Assembly: GCA_021432655.1 (NCBI GenBank) | Contig: MU271228.1 | Span: 62,001 to 126,000, forward strand | Source: Atractiella rhizophila | Lineage: Eukaryota | DNA length: 64,000 nucleotides | Direction of reading: 5' to 3' | In this document: positions 11,590 through 23,344 of the stretch, piece by piece | Numbering within the stretch: the stretch's first letter is position 1 | Layout of the letters: the number at the start of each line of letters is the position of its first letter | Notes under the pieces: model-generated | The model's input: only the letters and a program-made list of their open reading frames with translations | Told to the model about the DNA's origin: nothing | Database searches by the model: none | Program-made: the position numbers and the translations under genes

Positions 11590-12793
11590 TTATGCCAGTT
11601 CATCCATGCCCATGCCTTTCCACAAACCTTGGAAGAGAGGATGCTTGATTCCCAATCCGTATGTGAGAGTCCTTCGAGCATAATAACTTTTGTCGTCGGG
11701 AAGATCTAGCGTTTCTTCGGACTCTAGATTATCGATAATGTCATCTAAAAGATGACTTTGTCCAACTGTGATGCCCGCAAACGAAAAGTAGTTGATGTGG
11801 GTCTGTGAGACACGTCGATTTAAAGAAATAGATGAGAACGTGGTCAACGGACCACGTGGACATGAAAATGATCTACATAGTTGCTTCGTGAGCGTTAGCT
11901 TGAGGTAGAAGAGGAAACGTTACAATAACTCGGCTGGTAGTGGACAAACATTCTTAGTTCCTTCGTCTGCATTCCTTTCTCTCCCCAATTCTCAATGGTA
12001 ACGCGCTCCACCTCCCTCTTGATATTGCGCAAGAGGGGCAGGTGCTTTGGACGTAACGATCTGACAGACTGAATGGGGGAATTCGAGATGACTAGAAGGT
12101 AGAGAGAAGCGAAAGTGGATAAATCCCATTTCCTTGAATCATGCATTAGTTATAGCTCTTCAAACGTTAAGGAGATTGGACATGTCAGGAAGAAGGACGA
12201 AGCCTGTTTCAGGATCAGGATCGCGAAACAGCACTTTCTCCTGCTCTGTGACGCCCGAAAGAATGTTGTATACCCTGACCAAAAAAAATCACGCCAATAC
12301 TCAGAAAGGAGAGAAAACAGACCAATTGATGCGATCTTTTGGTAAGGAGTCAATGTACGGTTGCACAACATTGTGGTACAGTTCTGGTGTCTCTCTGATC
12401 ATTCTGAAACTTTGACTTTCGTATTTGCTGATGTGCTACTTATTCAAGAGATGTGTCAGTCCTTCTCTCCTTATTTGTCAATCTAGCAAGGACAAGTCGT
12501 ACCTTTTCCGTTGCTGGGAAAATAACGCTCATTTTTACGTCCGGACCTCGATCATTGCTTCGCCATCCCCAATGCGTTTGATAGACGTCATTAACAATCT
12601 CTTGCTCGACTTTTTCCCATTGATTCGAGGCGAACAAAGTTGATATGGACGTTGAATCGAAGGATGTTTTCTCCAAAGACAAAATGCAAGACTGCTGATC
12701 GTAATTGCCCAGCAGGTGGATGCTACGAGTGCGTATATCTTCACCCAGGACGCGAACTAGACCAAATTTGGAGGGTTGGAACGTATCTGACAT
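11590..12793 (-). CDS. DCS1: m7GpppX diphosphatase (scavenger decapping enzyme DcpS)
   Basis: N-terminal CILSLEKTSF, IFPATEK, FVLLPD, SVRSLRPKHLPLL and the HIT motif RMFVHYQPSY-YHFHVH, followed by GITVGQSHLLDDIIDNL. Confidence 0.92.
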
Positions 12794-13171
12794 CTTTTGC
12801 TTATCGTAATACTATTCAGCAGATTTGACCAGACACCTTTGCTCAAAGACAGGATCTGGTGTGATCTGCTAGCGGGTACTTGTTCAACACAAGTTATGCT
12901 CATGAAGAACGACATGCCTACCTGTTACTCTATACCACAATTGCGTGCTTCTAGCGTCTCAGTCTGCTAACGATATTATCGTATCGTACGTGATTGCAAG
13001 GGTGACGCTTCCATGGATCACGTGAAGCAACCTCATTCCATGTTCCCGTTCAGAGCTGGGGGGTCGTTGCAGATATTACGACAGGCATTGTCACTTTCGT
13101 ATTGACTCTCAAAGTAGAAGCACAAATAAACACAAGTTTCTTCCTAAGAGATAAAAAAATAGGACGATTTG

Positions 13172-15746
13172 TTAAGCATCCTGGACTCCGGAATATTTCT
13201 CAAGCTTCTGACAAGCTCCGTTCCAGTCCAATTTCAGCGAGCATAAGTCCTCGACAGCTTGAATGACATTGTCAATCGAACCAATGAGCTGATCCGTGGT
13301 ATCACGTTCCCTGAAAAAAAATGTTAACTAAACCAAGACGAAGTGAAAAAGGAATACCGAAGTGTGATTGTCCCATTTTTGATCGCTGCAGACCAATCAA
13401 TGTTATGACAACGTCTTTAATTAAGGAAAAACATACAAGCAAAGTCGACGGTAATACCGAAAGGAGTTCCAAGCTCATCATTCCGCGAATAGCGCTTTCC
13501 GATGCTGGCGTTTGAATCGTCAACTCTAGACGAGATTCCAGCTTTTCGAAGTTTTGCAGCTATATTGCAAAGGACCATCATTCATCAATCCAATGGTACG
13601 CTTAAAAACAGTGAAATAAACTCACAGAGATCTCGGACCAGGGGTCTAAACTCATCATTTGAGCTCAAGGGGACGATCAGGACTTTGACTGGAGCGACGG
13701 GGATAGGTAGAGATAGGACAGCACGCTGAACGTCGTCTTCTCGCGCCCAAAATGAATGCTCTAGAAGGGAATAGAGGATTCGTCCGATACCAAATGAAGG
13801 CTCGATAACGTTAGGACAAAACTCGCGAACTACTTTCGACGTCAACGCTAACAATGTAACGAGATGAATGCGCACTATTGTCCTTAAATGTCTTTTTTGA
13901 GATGGTGACGAAATCCTTCGAGATAGTGTACTTGTTTCCATCGCTTCCCGTGATCTCAGTCTGACTGTTGTCGGCGCAACGTTAATTCTGGCAATCAGAA
14001 GAGTTGGATAAAAAGCTTACCCATCCTTCGCCAGTTCACCCGCAAGGCACTCCAACCTCTCCTGATCCAGTCCTTCCACTCCATCCTCCACCTTCTTCGC
14101 GTCCTTCTTGAATAGCGGTCCCATTTTTTTCTTATCCCATTCAATCACCCATTTATCATACACTCTTGGCTGGGCTAGTGTTTCCCTAACGACAAGCTTG
14201 ATCCCAGTTCGGACAGAGTGCACCGTCAGATCGTACGCAGAGCGATCTGCACATCCAACACACTCTATCCATCCATACGATGACTGGATTTCCGCGTCCC
14301 AACAGTCGGAAGCATAGTGCGCCATCTCGTTTGCCATGTGTTGACGGAAACGTAAACGCGACGGGTCGATACCAATTCGCACGAGAAATAGGTAGATGCG
14401 TGCAATGAAGTATCCGAGTGTTTCATTATTCACTATACCCTATTTCATTTTACGTTTGTATGTATTATGTGCTCATATGTGGAAAGACTAACCTTGGAGA
14501 CGGCTTCACCAATAGATATTTCTGTCAAGTCAGTCTTGCCAGCAGACTGAGTCTCCTTAGGCAAGAGACGGAGCTTAATGTCTTTTACCTCCTCGAACCT
14601 AGGATGATCTTTCTTGTTCGGGTCTACGTAGTGTTCAATCTCAGCCATGACAAACTCCCTGAGCCTTTATCAGCATCCATACACTCTTGGTTTTGATGAA
14701 ACGCACCGAACGCGGATAAGACCTTGTCGCGGAGCGATTTCATTGCGAAAGGATTTTCCAATCTGTGCAGATGCAAAAGGGAGTCGTCCATTGTTGAATT
14801 CTAGAAGACGATTGAAATTGATAAAATGTCCTTGCGCAGTTTCAGGTCGTAAGTAGCTGTTTATTCGGAGTCAGGAAATTTGAAGAGGTAAGGAAACACA
14901 AAAATACTGACCCCTTGAGCTGTCCAGTAGGTCCAATCTGAGAGCTGAACATTAAATTGAACTCTCTTGGAGGGGTGAGGTCATTCTCTTCAGGACTTTT
15001 GATCTTGAACTTCAAGATGAGGGCGTGAAGTTCGGGTCCACCATAGTTGTCGATCTTGGCGAGGGTTTCCTCGTATTCTGTCACGACGTCGTCGGCAAGT
15101 TTGACTGCGGTAGATTTAACGGCTTTCTTCTTCTTCTTCTTCTTGTCGTCCTCCTCATTAACCACCTCAGCCTCCTTTACCCCTCTCGCCTCCTTATCAC
15201 CTTTCAGACGAGCCTCTAAGACCGCCTCCACCAAATGATCTGCACGGAATATCTCCCCCGTCTTGCTGTCTGTCACCATCCAGTCGGAGAACTTGTCGAC
15301 ATGTCCAGAGGTTTTGAGCACATCTTCAACGGTCATGACGGTGGATTCGACCTCAAGCATCTCCTCTTCAATGATAAAGTGATTTCGCCATGCTGACAGG
15401 ATGTTTGCTTGCAAGGAAGCGCCGGGTGGCCCAAAATCATAAAATCCAGCGACACCTTCATAGACGAACCCTCACTCTCACTCCAAATATTGCAGAGAGG
15501 TAGACATACCACCATAGATTTCAAACGCTGGGGCATAAAAAAACCTTTTCAAAAGTAATTGTTCGAGTTGAGATCGATCGAATGGATGGGCAGTCTTGTT
15601 TATTGTGGAGGCCATTCTGCAAATCGGTTTGAAGCGAACACCTGCACATTTGGCGTCAAATCGGTGGGATAACAACAAGACATTGAAGAAAAGAAATACG
15701 TACTGGGTAATAGTACAGATCTTGCTCCGTTCACGAGAAATCTCAT
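13172..15746 (-). CDS. GRS1: Glycyl-tRNA synthetase; the upstream ATG adds a putative mitochondrial presequence, with a downstream ATG at 15615
   Basis: [83 protein letters not shown] and the anticodon-binding domain. Exon 1 joins in frame via intron 15642-15703. Confidence 0.96.
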
Positions 15747-15929
15747 AAACCTTTGCTCAGTCCCTTTTGTTGAAGATCAATCGCTGATTTGTTCTGACTC
15801 AAGCGAGACCAAAGCAGTACAACTCCGCCCGGCATTTCTAACGCGTCTCATGAGTCGTTGAAAGTAGAATCTGTGGCATGAGCGAGTGAGCTATTCTCCT
15901 TGATTCATACGCATTTTAACTGATATATT

Positions 15930-18657
15930 ATGACTAGCGAACCGACGTCCTCTAATTTCATACGCGTTTCTGGAGTCCCGATTTCAAAGAAACATCAGCC
16001 CACCCTGTTCGCCATCTTCAAAGCCTCCCCGCCTGTGACCTTGCACCTGCCATCTTCAAAGCAAACACTTGACGCCAACACAACATTCACCTCCCTGCCC
16101 ACAGAAAGCGAAAGCGTCCCATTCAATTACTCGCTTCCTCAGTCAGAGGTTTCAACACAAGGCGAGTCGCCTAGTTCCAGCTTGCTTAATATCGCCATCC
16201 CTCCCCTCGCACTAGAAACGCCGTCTCTCGGGTTGAAAAGACTGTGGAGTCGGAAAAATCTTTTGAGAACATGGGAGGCGCAGTCAATGTTGTTGTTAGC
16301 GACAGTGAGGAGGAGAAAGATCTCAATCTAACACCTATGCAAGCAGGAGGAGTGAAGACAAACGGTACGCTTTCCTTCTCCGTTGGTTTTTGGTTTGGGA
16401 TGGCGATATAGAAACGGCTTGCATTCAGCGCTCAGAGTAAAGATGGCTTTGTCATCACTGAGTGGATTGTCACGGACCACGCCAAAGTCCTTGAGGAAGA
16501 GCCGAGAGGAATGTCAACCATCAGCAATTTTATCTATTCCTGCTGATACCTTCTTTAAGTGAAAGCATCCAATGTCTGACTATTCCTTAGAGTTCGGCAG
16601 CATCCTCACACCTTCCCCTTCACGAACTACCTCAATCACTCATTTCCCCACCTCCGTCTCCATGAAAAACTCCGTTTCACTGCCTGTTCATCAGAAAGAT
16701 CCGCCATCCACGATGTCCCTCTCGATTGGAGACTTGCCCTCTACCGCACCCGAAGGAATGTCCCCAGCTTCAGGCCTAGAAGGCCAGGATAAAACCGAAA
16801 TATTTTCTTCTTCAACGTCTAAACCAGCAAGGAGGAAACCGAAACGCGCGCTAAACTTCAGCGGCGAACTGAAGACACCTCCCATAGTGACGGAAGAGAC
16901 GTTGGTACATCAAACACCGCAGAAGCGAAAAGCAAGAGCAAGGGAGGACGCTTTAAAGGATAATACTCCTGCTTTTCTGGATGCAGGAAAGGGGAAGGAA
17001 AAGGAAAAGAAGGGAAGGACGACGAGTGTCTCCGCTCACGCCATGGTTGCATCCCTACAATTCGGTGAACTGCTGGATGGTGATAGTGAGGGAGGGCTGA
17101 AGAAGAAACGACGTCGTACAACTGACAACATCACTCCAATCGTTCACACACAATCAGATCCTCCGGAAAACCCTGCTAGTTTAAATGATGCCGAAGAGGA
17201 AGACGAGCTAGCGTTACGTCCTGCTCCTGATTCGAGGAAAAAGAGGAAGAAGCGGGTCGCGGAAGAAGAGGCGGATGCAGTGGAAGACGTGGTCCTTGTG
17301 GTGAAGAGGAAGAGGAAGAAGGCGGACCTGAGTATATCTCATGATGACAGAGGGATCGTAGCAACCCAGCAGCAAGATGGGCTGGATGAACCTGCTGAGG
17401 GTACGCAGTTGGAGGAACCACCAGTCGAGACCAAGAGATCAAAGTCCTCTACAAAGAAATCTTTCGCCGTGCCTGCTTCAGTAGAAGGCGAAGAGGGGGA
17501 TTTCGCAGTAGAGGATTTTACCAACAACGCAGATTTTCCAGTGTTGGACAATTCGGAGGATGAAGATTGGAATCCCAAGAAACCAAATGACGAAGACGAC
17601 GGATATGGACATGGCAAAAAGCGAAAGAAGCCACCAGCGAAGGGAAAGGAAACGAAGAAGAAAGGGAACCAAAAGGCAGGACAAAAGGAGCAGAGAAAGA
17701 TTGCGAAGAAGAAACGTGAAGAGGTACCCGCCGGCGAAGCTGACATTGACCCGTCGAATCCCCATATCGATCCTACAGCGAACGATACCACTCAAGATCC
17801 CGACGACGGCTCCGCCTCATCCACTTCGAAGAGGTTCAAGGGAAAGCGTCCGGTCAAAGGTGCGAAACCACAATCTGCGGAGAGGGAAGACATTCCTTCC
17901 CTCCCTGACCCTGACGAATTGTCAAAGAAGAAGAGCAAGAGGGACAACGTGCCTGGGCCTAATAAATTGAAGAAGAAGAAGGAAGAGGCACAGGATTCCT
18001 CTGAGCTTGATGATGATGAGAACCAAGTCCTACAGATGGAGGAACCCCGACCGTCCATAGTCGATGAGGGGAATTGTGGTGTTGGACAAGACGAGGGGCT
18101 CGATGCGCATGTTCCTGACGCTCGACTACAGGAGGAGGAAGAAGAGCCAACTCGCCTACATTCTTCTAAGGAGGACAACTCTGGGAAGGAAAAAGCGGTC
18201 GACATGGTATGTCCTGGTTTAGTCTCAGAAGGAAAGGCTTAATACAGTCCCATCCAGCCTCAAGCCTCAACACCAGCCAAGAGCGGACTTTCAAAGCAAA
18301 CACAGTTAGCTGTAAATCCACAGCTCATTCCCAACAGTATGTTTTCTTTCGCTAGCTTCCCTCGTCAACTGAACCACAGGATCCCTGGCCTCCATTCTCG
18401 CATCTCACAATGCACGACTTGGGTCTCCAGCCAATCTTCGCCGTCCAGGGAAGACTATAACTCATCTCCATCGTGATATTAAGCCTCCACCGCCGAAGCC
18501 TCCTCTGCCGAAGGAGAAGAAGAAGAAGAAGAAAGATGACCATCGCGATTCCGATAAGTCCACCACTCCGGATTTTGAGGATTTCGACGAGTACGATTGG
18601 GCGGAGTGGAGAGAAAAACAGAAAAAAAAGGAGAAGGCAGCTTTGCGAAATGGCTGA
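15930..18657 (+). CDS. Large K/E/S-rich low-complexity, probably nuclear, protein of unknown function; multi-exon
   Basis: A 556-aa central ORF with many basic clusters is flanked by spliceable exons. The last exon reads ...THLHRDIKPPPPKPPLPKEKKKKKK...DWAEWREKQKKKEKAALRNG*. Divergent from GRS1 (about 180 bp); 5' model uncertain. Confidence 0.65.
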
Positions 18658-19406
18658 ATGTCCTTTCGGGCTGACAATGGAAGGAAGGCCAAAGTAAGAA
18701 GCTCTCAATCTGTCTCAATCTGTTTCGATTTTCGATTGCTGTTGGTGCTCTTGTTGTGGGTCTGACTGGGCTGTGTCTTTGAGACTTTCACGTCCCCGTC
18801 AACTCGACGGTGTCCTGTGTTGTAACATGAATTTGATGCCTCAACGTTTCAACCGTGACCTCTTGATTCCTTTGCCAATTTCTTCGCCCCTTCTCTTCCG
18901 AATAATTCCTTGTGGCTTCATGACCCACCTGCGTACGTACCCGCGGTGCTCCATTTCATTTGTGAGAACAACCTTTCTCAAAGTCTCAGAGAAGATATCC
19001 ATTATGACTGAATTGTGACAGTGGAGGCGGAGCCAGTCGGCCTGATTGATCGAACTATGTTCCGATGTTGTGGGCCTATCTCCTGCAGTAGGAGGCATGG
19101 ATTATCTGCAGTCGGTTCATGGCAATCTTCTTCGTTACGTTTACATTGCCTGAAATGAGTGTTGGCGCATCTCGATACAGCCTAGGAGCTTCGAGTGCAT
19201 CCTTGGAAAAGCGCACAGACATATCAATGCGTCACGTCATATCCTCCTCGGGTTCGTACAAAGGTTCCAAATGCAGCCCCCATTCCCAGAATCTCCCTGC
19301 AACATATAACATAAACGATTTCCTCCTCCTGCTGTCCAACTCTTCCTCTGATTTAACAGCTCCCATCATCTTTCTCTTGCGTCCGTTCTTCAACAAAATC
19401 ACGAGC

Positions 19407-20090
19407 ATGTCTTTCCTCCTCCTCTTCACTTTGGTTCTTTCAACCGTCGCATTTCACTGGAAACCTGGTTGGTCACTGCCCTCCCAACGTAGAACTTTGA
19501 CTGATATCTGAAGTGATAGGGTCCACCTGCACGGCCAACACACCTTGTACATATTCATACCAGGTCGAATCAGGAGTAGAGAAGACAAAAGTGGAAGCAA
19601 ACTGTGCGCCAAATGGATATGTCCGTATTTCTTTGTCCTTCAAGCCATTGTGGTCCCATACTGATGCAATATTCGCTCACAAGTGTGCAGATAACGGCGC
19701 GAAGTGTTCGGTTCGCTTCACCCATGATTTGATTAGGAAAGTCTGGCTGATAAGATAGAAACTAGAATGATAGCCAGTGCTTTGGATGGTGTGGTCCAGA
19801 CGGATTTTGTGGTGGCGAAGGTGCTTTATGCAACAGTCGGAATGAATTCCAACACACTCCTGTGGGTACTCATTGGCCACAACATTTCATGGTCCTTAAT
19901 CATAGGTTATATTTACTAACCCCGGTTCGTGGTTTAGATCCATTGGGAATACACCTGCGCTCCTGGACTCGAATGCTCCACGACGGATATGGTGATTGGA
20001 GTTTGTCAAAATCCCGAGCTGTCAAAGTGCCCGAGCTCTCAAAGTGACAATGCAAGAGGAGGAGGTGGACAATGGCCGGCTCTTCGATGA
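19407..20090 (+). CDS. Small secreted cysteine-rich protein (about 147 aa, 13 Cys), 5 exons
   Basis: Four GT-AG introns join in frame: MSFLLLFTLVLSTVAFHWKP-VIGSTCTANTPCTYSY...ANCAPNGY-CADNGAKCS-NDSQCFGWCGPDGFCGGEGALCNSR...-IHWEYTCAPGLECSTTDMVIGVCQNPELSKC...*. The N-terminus is signal-peptide-like. Confidence 0.75.
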
Positions 20091-21281
20091 TTTTGGTTCT
20101 GAATCGTTGGATAAGGATAGGGAGCCTGAAAAGCGAGATGGGAGAGGCACGCTGAAAAAGAAAAGCTTGAAAAAGAGACTGTAATCCGAGGCTGGTTTAA
20201 CTTTAGACATTTGTTCACTTACTAGCATTACTACGCAGGTTGTTCGAAGCATCTCCTTCAAATGTTCAATACAACTTCATTCTCCGTATTAGCTTTAGAG
20301 TCGTTGCAATGATTCGTGATTACATCGGTTTCAGCATTGCAAGCGGAGTACATGGAAGTAAAAGCACCTATTTCGGACAGGGGCGCTAACCTGTAACAGA
20401 CGACATCCCTCGGTGCACATCTTACTTCGAAGAGCACGAGATTGTGAGAAGCAACTCAAGTCGTATAATCTCAAGCCCACCGCTGTGCGGTCACATGACT
20501 CTGTGTGCCACAAGCTTTTGACCAACCAGCTAACCGTTCCAATATCTCCTTCTTTTTCTTCTTAGCCGCTTTCGAGATCGTATAACAATGGATGTAAATG
20601 GGAATGATATCCCAGCATTTTTTCCCGTTCATCGGCCCCTAGCCTGATATGGCTTGCAGGGACCCTTTCGCTTCAAGGTTTCTCGCTGAGATGCTTCTGA
20701 GGAGGATTTTAGATTTACAGGAGGTGCTCTGTCGGCAGGATGTCGATGAGCAGAGAGGGTACCTTGAACTTGTCCACCTTCCGAGTTCCCATTCTTCTGT
20801 CCCAAACGTGTGTCAGATGTACAAAAAGATGAGCGAACGTGTGCTGTCGTTGTCGTTGTCGAAAAGTCTGACGCGATGGAGTTCCTGAATGTGCTCAACC
20901 AATGCGCAAGTCCGTTGATAAGCCTATGCAGAGGGCTTCAAGCTGCAGTGGAGTGGTATGCCACGGCCTCATTGTTGCGGTCCAGCGAAGTGTTTCCACT
21001 TCTCAGGATGTCATGCATGTCATGAACGACTATTGTTTATTTGTCATGAGATTATCTAGAAACAGATAGTAACGACGGTAATGAATCGTTAGATCTCTCT
21101 GCCATGTCTTTTGTTTGGTCCTCATATCTCCTGTCGTTGAATGATGCACGTAAAGTAGGCCGATGATGGAGCCAAGTCGCAAGGTTTGCGCACTTTCAAG
21201 GCTTACGTCTGTCAGGCCGTAACGGAGGAAGTATGATGCGACGACAAGACAGTAAAATGGAGACTCGGGCTCTTTTGTCTC

Positions 21282-21288
21282 TATAAAA
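21282..21288 (+). promoter_or_regulatory. TATA box of the chitin deacetylase gene
   Basis: TATAAAA about 110 nt upstream of the ATG at 21396. Confidence 0.4.
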
Positions 21289-21395
21289 TGCCTAGATCCT
21301 GCTCGCTCAATCCATCGTTCACAGAACTTTTGTTAGGCTACTTACCAAATATTTCCTGTAAACTCTCGTTGCCACCTTAACAGTCATTACATGCC

Positions 21396-23080
21396 ATGTT
21401 GCTCTTCCTCCTTCCTTCCATTTTTGACCTCGTCAAAGCGGCAGCCGACTCCGATCCGTGTCAGGCATCTCCTCCATCTTTCATCACGGAGATACAACCG
21501 TTCTATCCAACCCTAGGAAACCTAGCGCAAATTGTCGCTGGAGACGACGAAGCCAACTCGCTCTTCCAGAAAATCATCGGTGATATGAGATGGGGGGATG
21601 TGTTCAACGGCGGGGTCAAACAAAAAGGAACTTACACCAAAAATGGTGGAGGCGATTTCCCAGATGTGACGTGGGTATTGCTCGTTCATGTGCGACGCAC
21701 AATGTTGAACGTTGGGGAACAGGTACGATTATGTGCAAGATCCGTGAGTGCTTTGTGGTGCATTTCAGATATCAGCTGACGGTTGCGGGAAGTGATTGCT
21801 GGTGGACTAAGAGGTCAATACCTCCTTAATAAATTCTAGCGTCGCTGATGGAGGGGTCTAGTCAATGTATCACCCCAAAGCGAAAGTTTCTTCCTCCAGA
21901 TTATTCCGCTTGTCCAGAGCCGCTAACGTGGTGCGTCATCTCTACCCCTCGTATCAAACCTCGATCCGTTGTTCAGTTCTTGTGGTATAGGGGTCTCAAC
22001 TTTGATGATGGGCCGTCCTGCCAGAATGAACTGCTCTACGATTTTCTGGCGAAGCAAAGCCCGCCGATCAAAGCCTCACTCTTTTACATTGGGTCAAACA
22101 TCCTTACCTTTCCGCTTAGTGCTCAGAAAGGGGTGGCGCAAGGCCATGAGGTTTGCGTTCGTATGTCTTCCTGACCCTGGAGTTGATTTGAGTCGGAATC
22201 GTTAACAATATTTGTTCCAGACACATGGTCACATCCAGCGTTGACTTCACTTTCAAACGAGGAGCTTTTTGCTGAGCTCTATTACACTAAGAAGCTCATC
22301 CACGCTGTATCTAGTTTGACAACGACCTGTTTCCGACCACCGTACGGTGTGGTCTCCCGTTTTCTTATTGAGTTACTCAATTCTGACCTGCAACCGAAGG
22401 CGATATCGATGATAGAGTGAGAACAATGGCTTGGGCTTTAGGAATGCGCACTCATCTATGGAACTTGGATACAAATGATGGAGAGCTTGGTGATGGCGCT
22501 ACCCTTGCTGAGATTCGAGCGAATTACAAAAAGATCGTGAGCGCTGCATCCAGCGAGACTGGAACTGTCGTTCTCAATCATGAATATCCGAACGCAATGA
22601 GCGAGGTTCGTTCTTCCTTTCTCCAAGACCTCCAGATTTTCTTTCCCCCTGAGTTTCTGATCAAGATGAGAATAGTTCCTGCACCAATTCCCAACCATTT
22701 CAAGCCATTACAAATACTTCATGCCCATCAGTTCCTGCTACAACGACACAACACCTTATCTCGAGTCTAACGTTACACTTTCCGACTATTCCACGTACGT
22801 TTCGGGCAAAACAAGTGGAAATGCTCAGGTGCCTTATTTCACGAAACAGAAAATCACGTTTCTGTCTTGGGACGAGGAGCAGGAATCTACTGATCTCAAT
22901 CCTCCGAATCCCAGTAACACAACTGCGGTCCCTTCTGAGCCTGCCACCGCCTCAACGGCGCAAAAGACCGCCGCCAATAAGCCAGACGGCGACAAGAATG
23001 GAGCTGAAAGTTTCTCCCCTTCCCTTGCGACTAGTTTCGCAGGATTGCTATTTGCGTCGTCAATGTTCGTTCAATGGTGA
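21396..23080 (+). CDS. Chitin deacetylase (CE4), secreted and probably GPI-anchored
   Basis: Signal peptide; CE4 motifs NFDDGP, HTWSH, FRPPYG, DTND and VLNHE; S/T/P-rich linker then the NGA...hydrophobic C-terminus LATSFAGLLFASSMFVQW. Confidence 0.9.
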
Positions 23081-23344
23081 TGTTGGTAACAAAATGGACC
23101 CTTTGGACATGGACTCAACATTGTTTCCATCAAATATTACGGTGTAACCGTGTCAGTTTGCAATACTCTACGCGTGTAAACAGGCCAACTCTGCAAAGTG
23201 ACTATAGACTATGACAGAGATGCAATTCAAGAGGATAAAGTACAATACAAGTAAATAACAATTGCGAGCGATGAGCACTTCAACAAGCACGAAAAACTAA
23301 ACAACGATGTCAATAAGACGATATGACGATTGACGATCTCTGGG

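Noticed and set aside
16691..18205. Numerous antisense and alternate-frame ORFs over low-complexity genes (here and at 4.6-5.2, 51-55 and 61-62 kb)
   Set aside because: Shadow ORFs caused by the codon composition of the real genes.
18841..19429. Minus-strand ORFs (85 aa and 65 aa)
   Set aside because: No motifs or coherent splice model; one overlaps the start of the secreted protein gene in antisense.
20580..21030. Short ORFs upstream of the chitin deacetylase
   Set aside because: No recognisable product or consistent exon structure.
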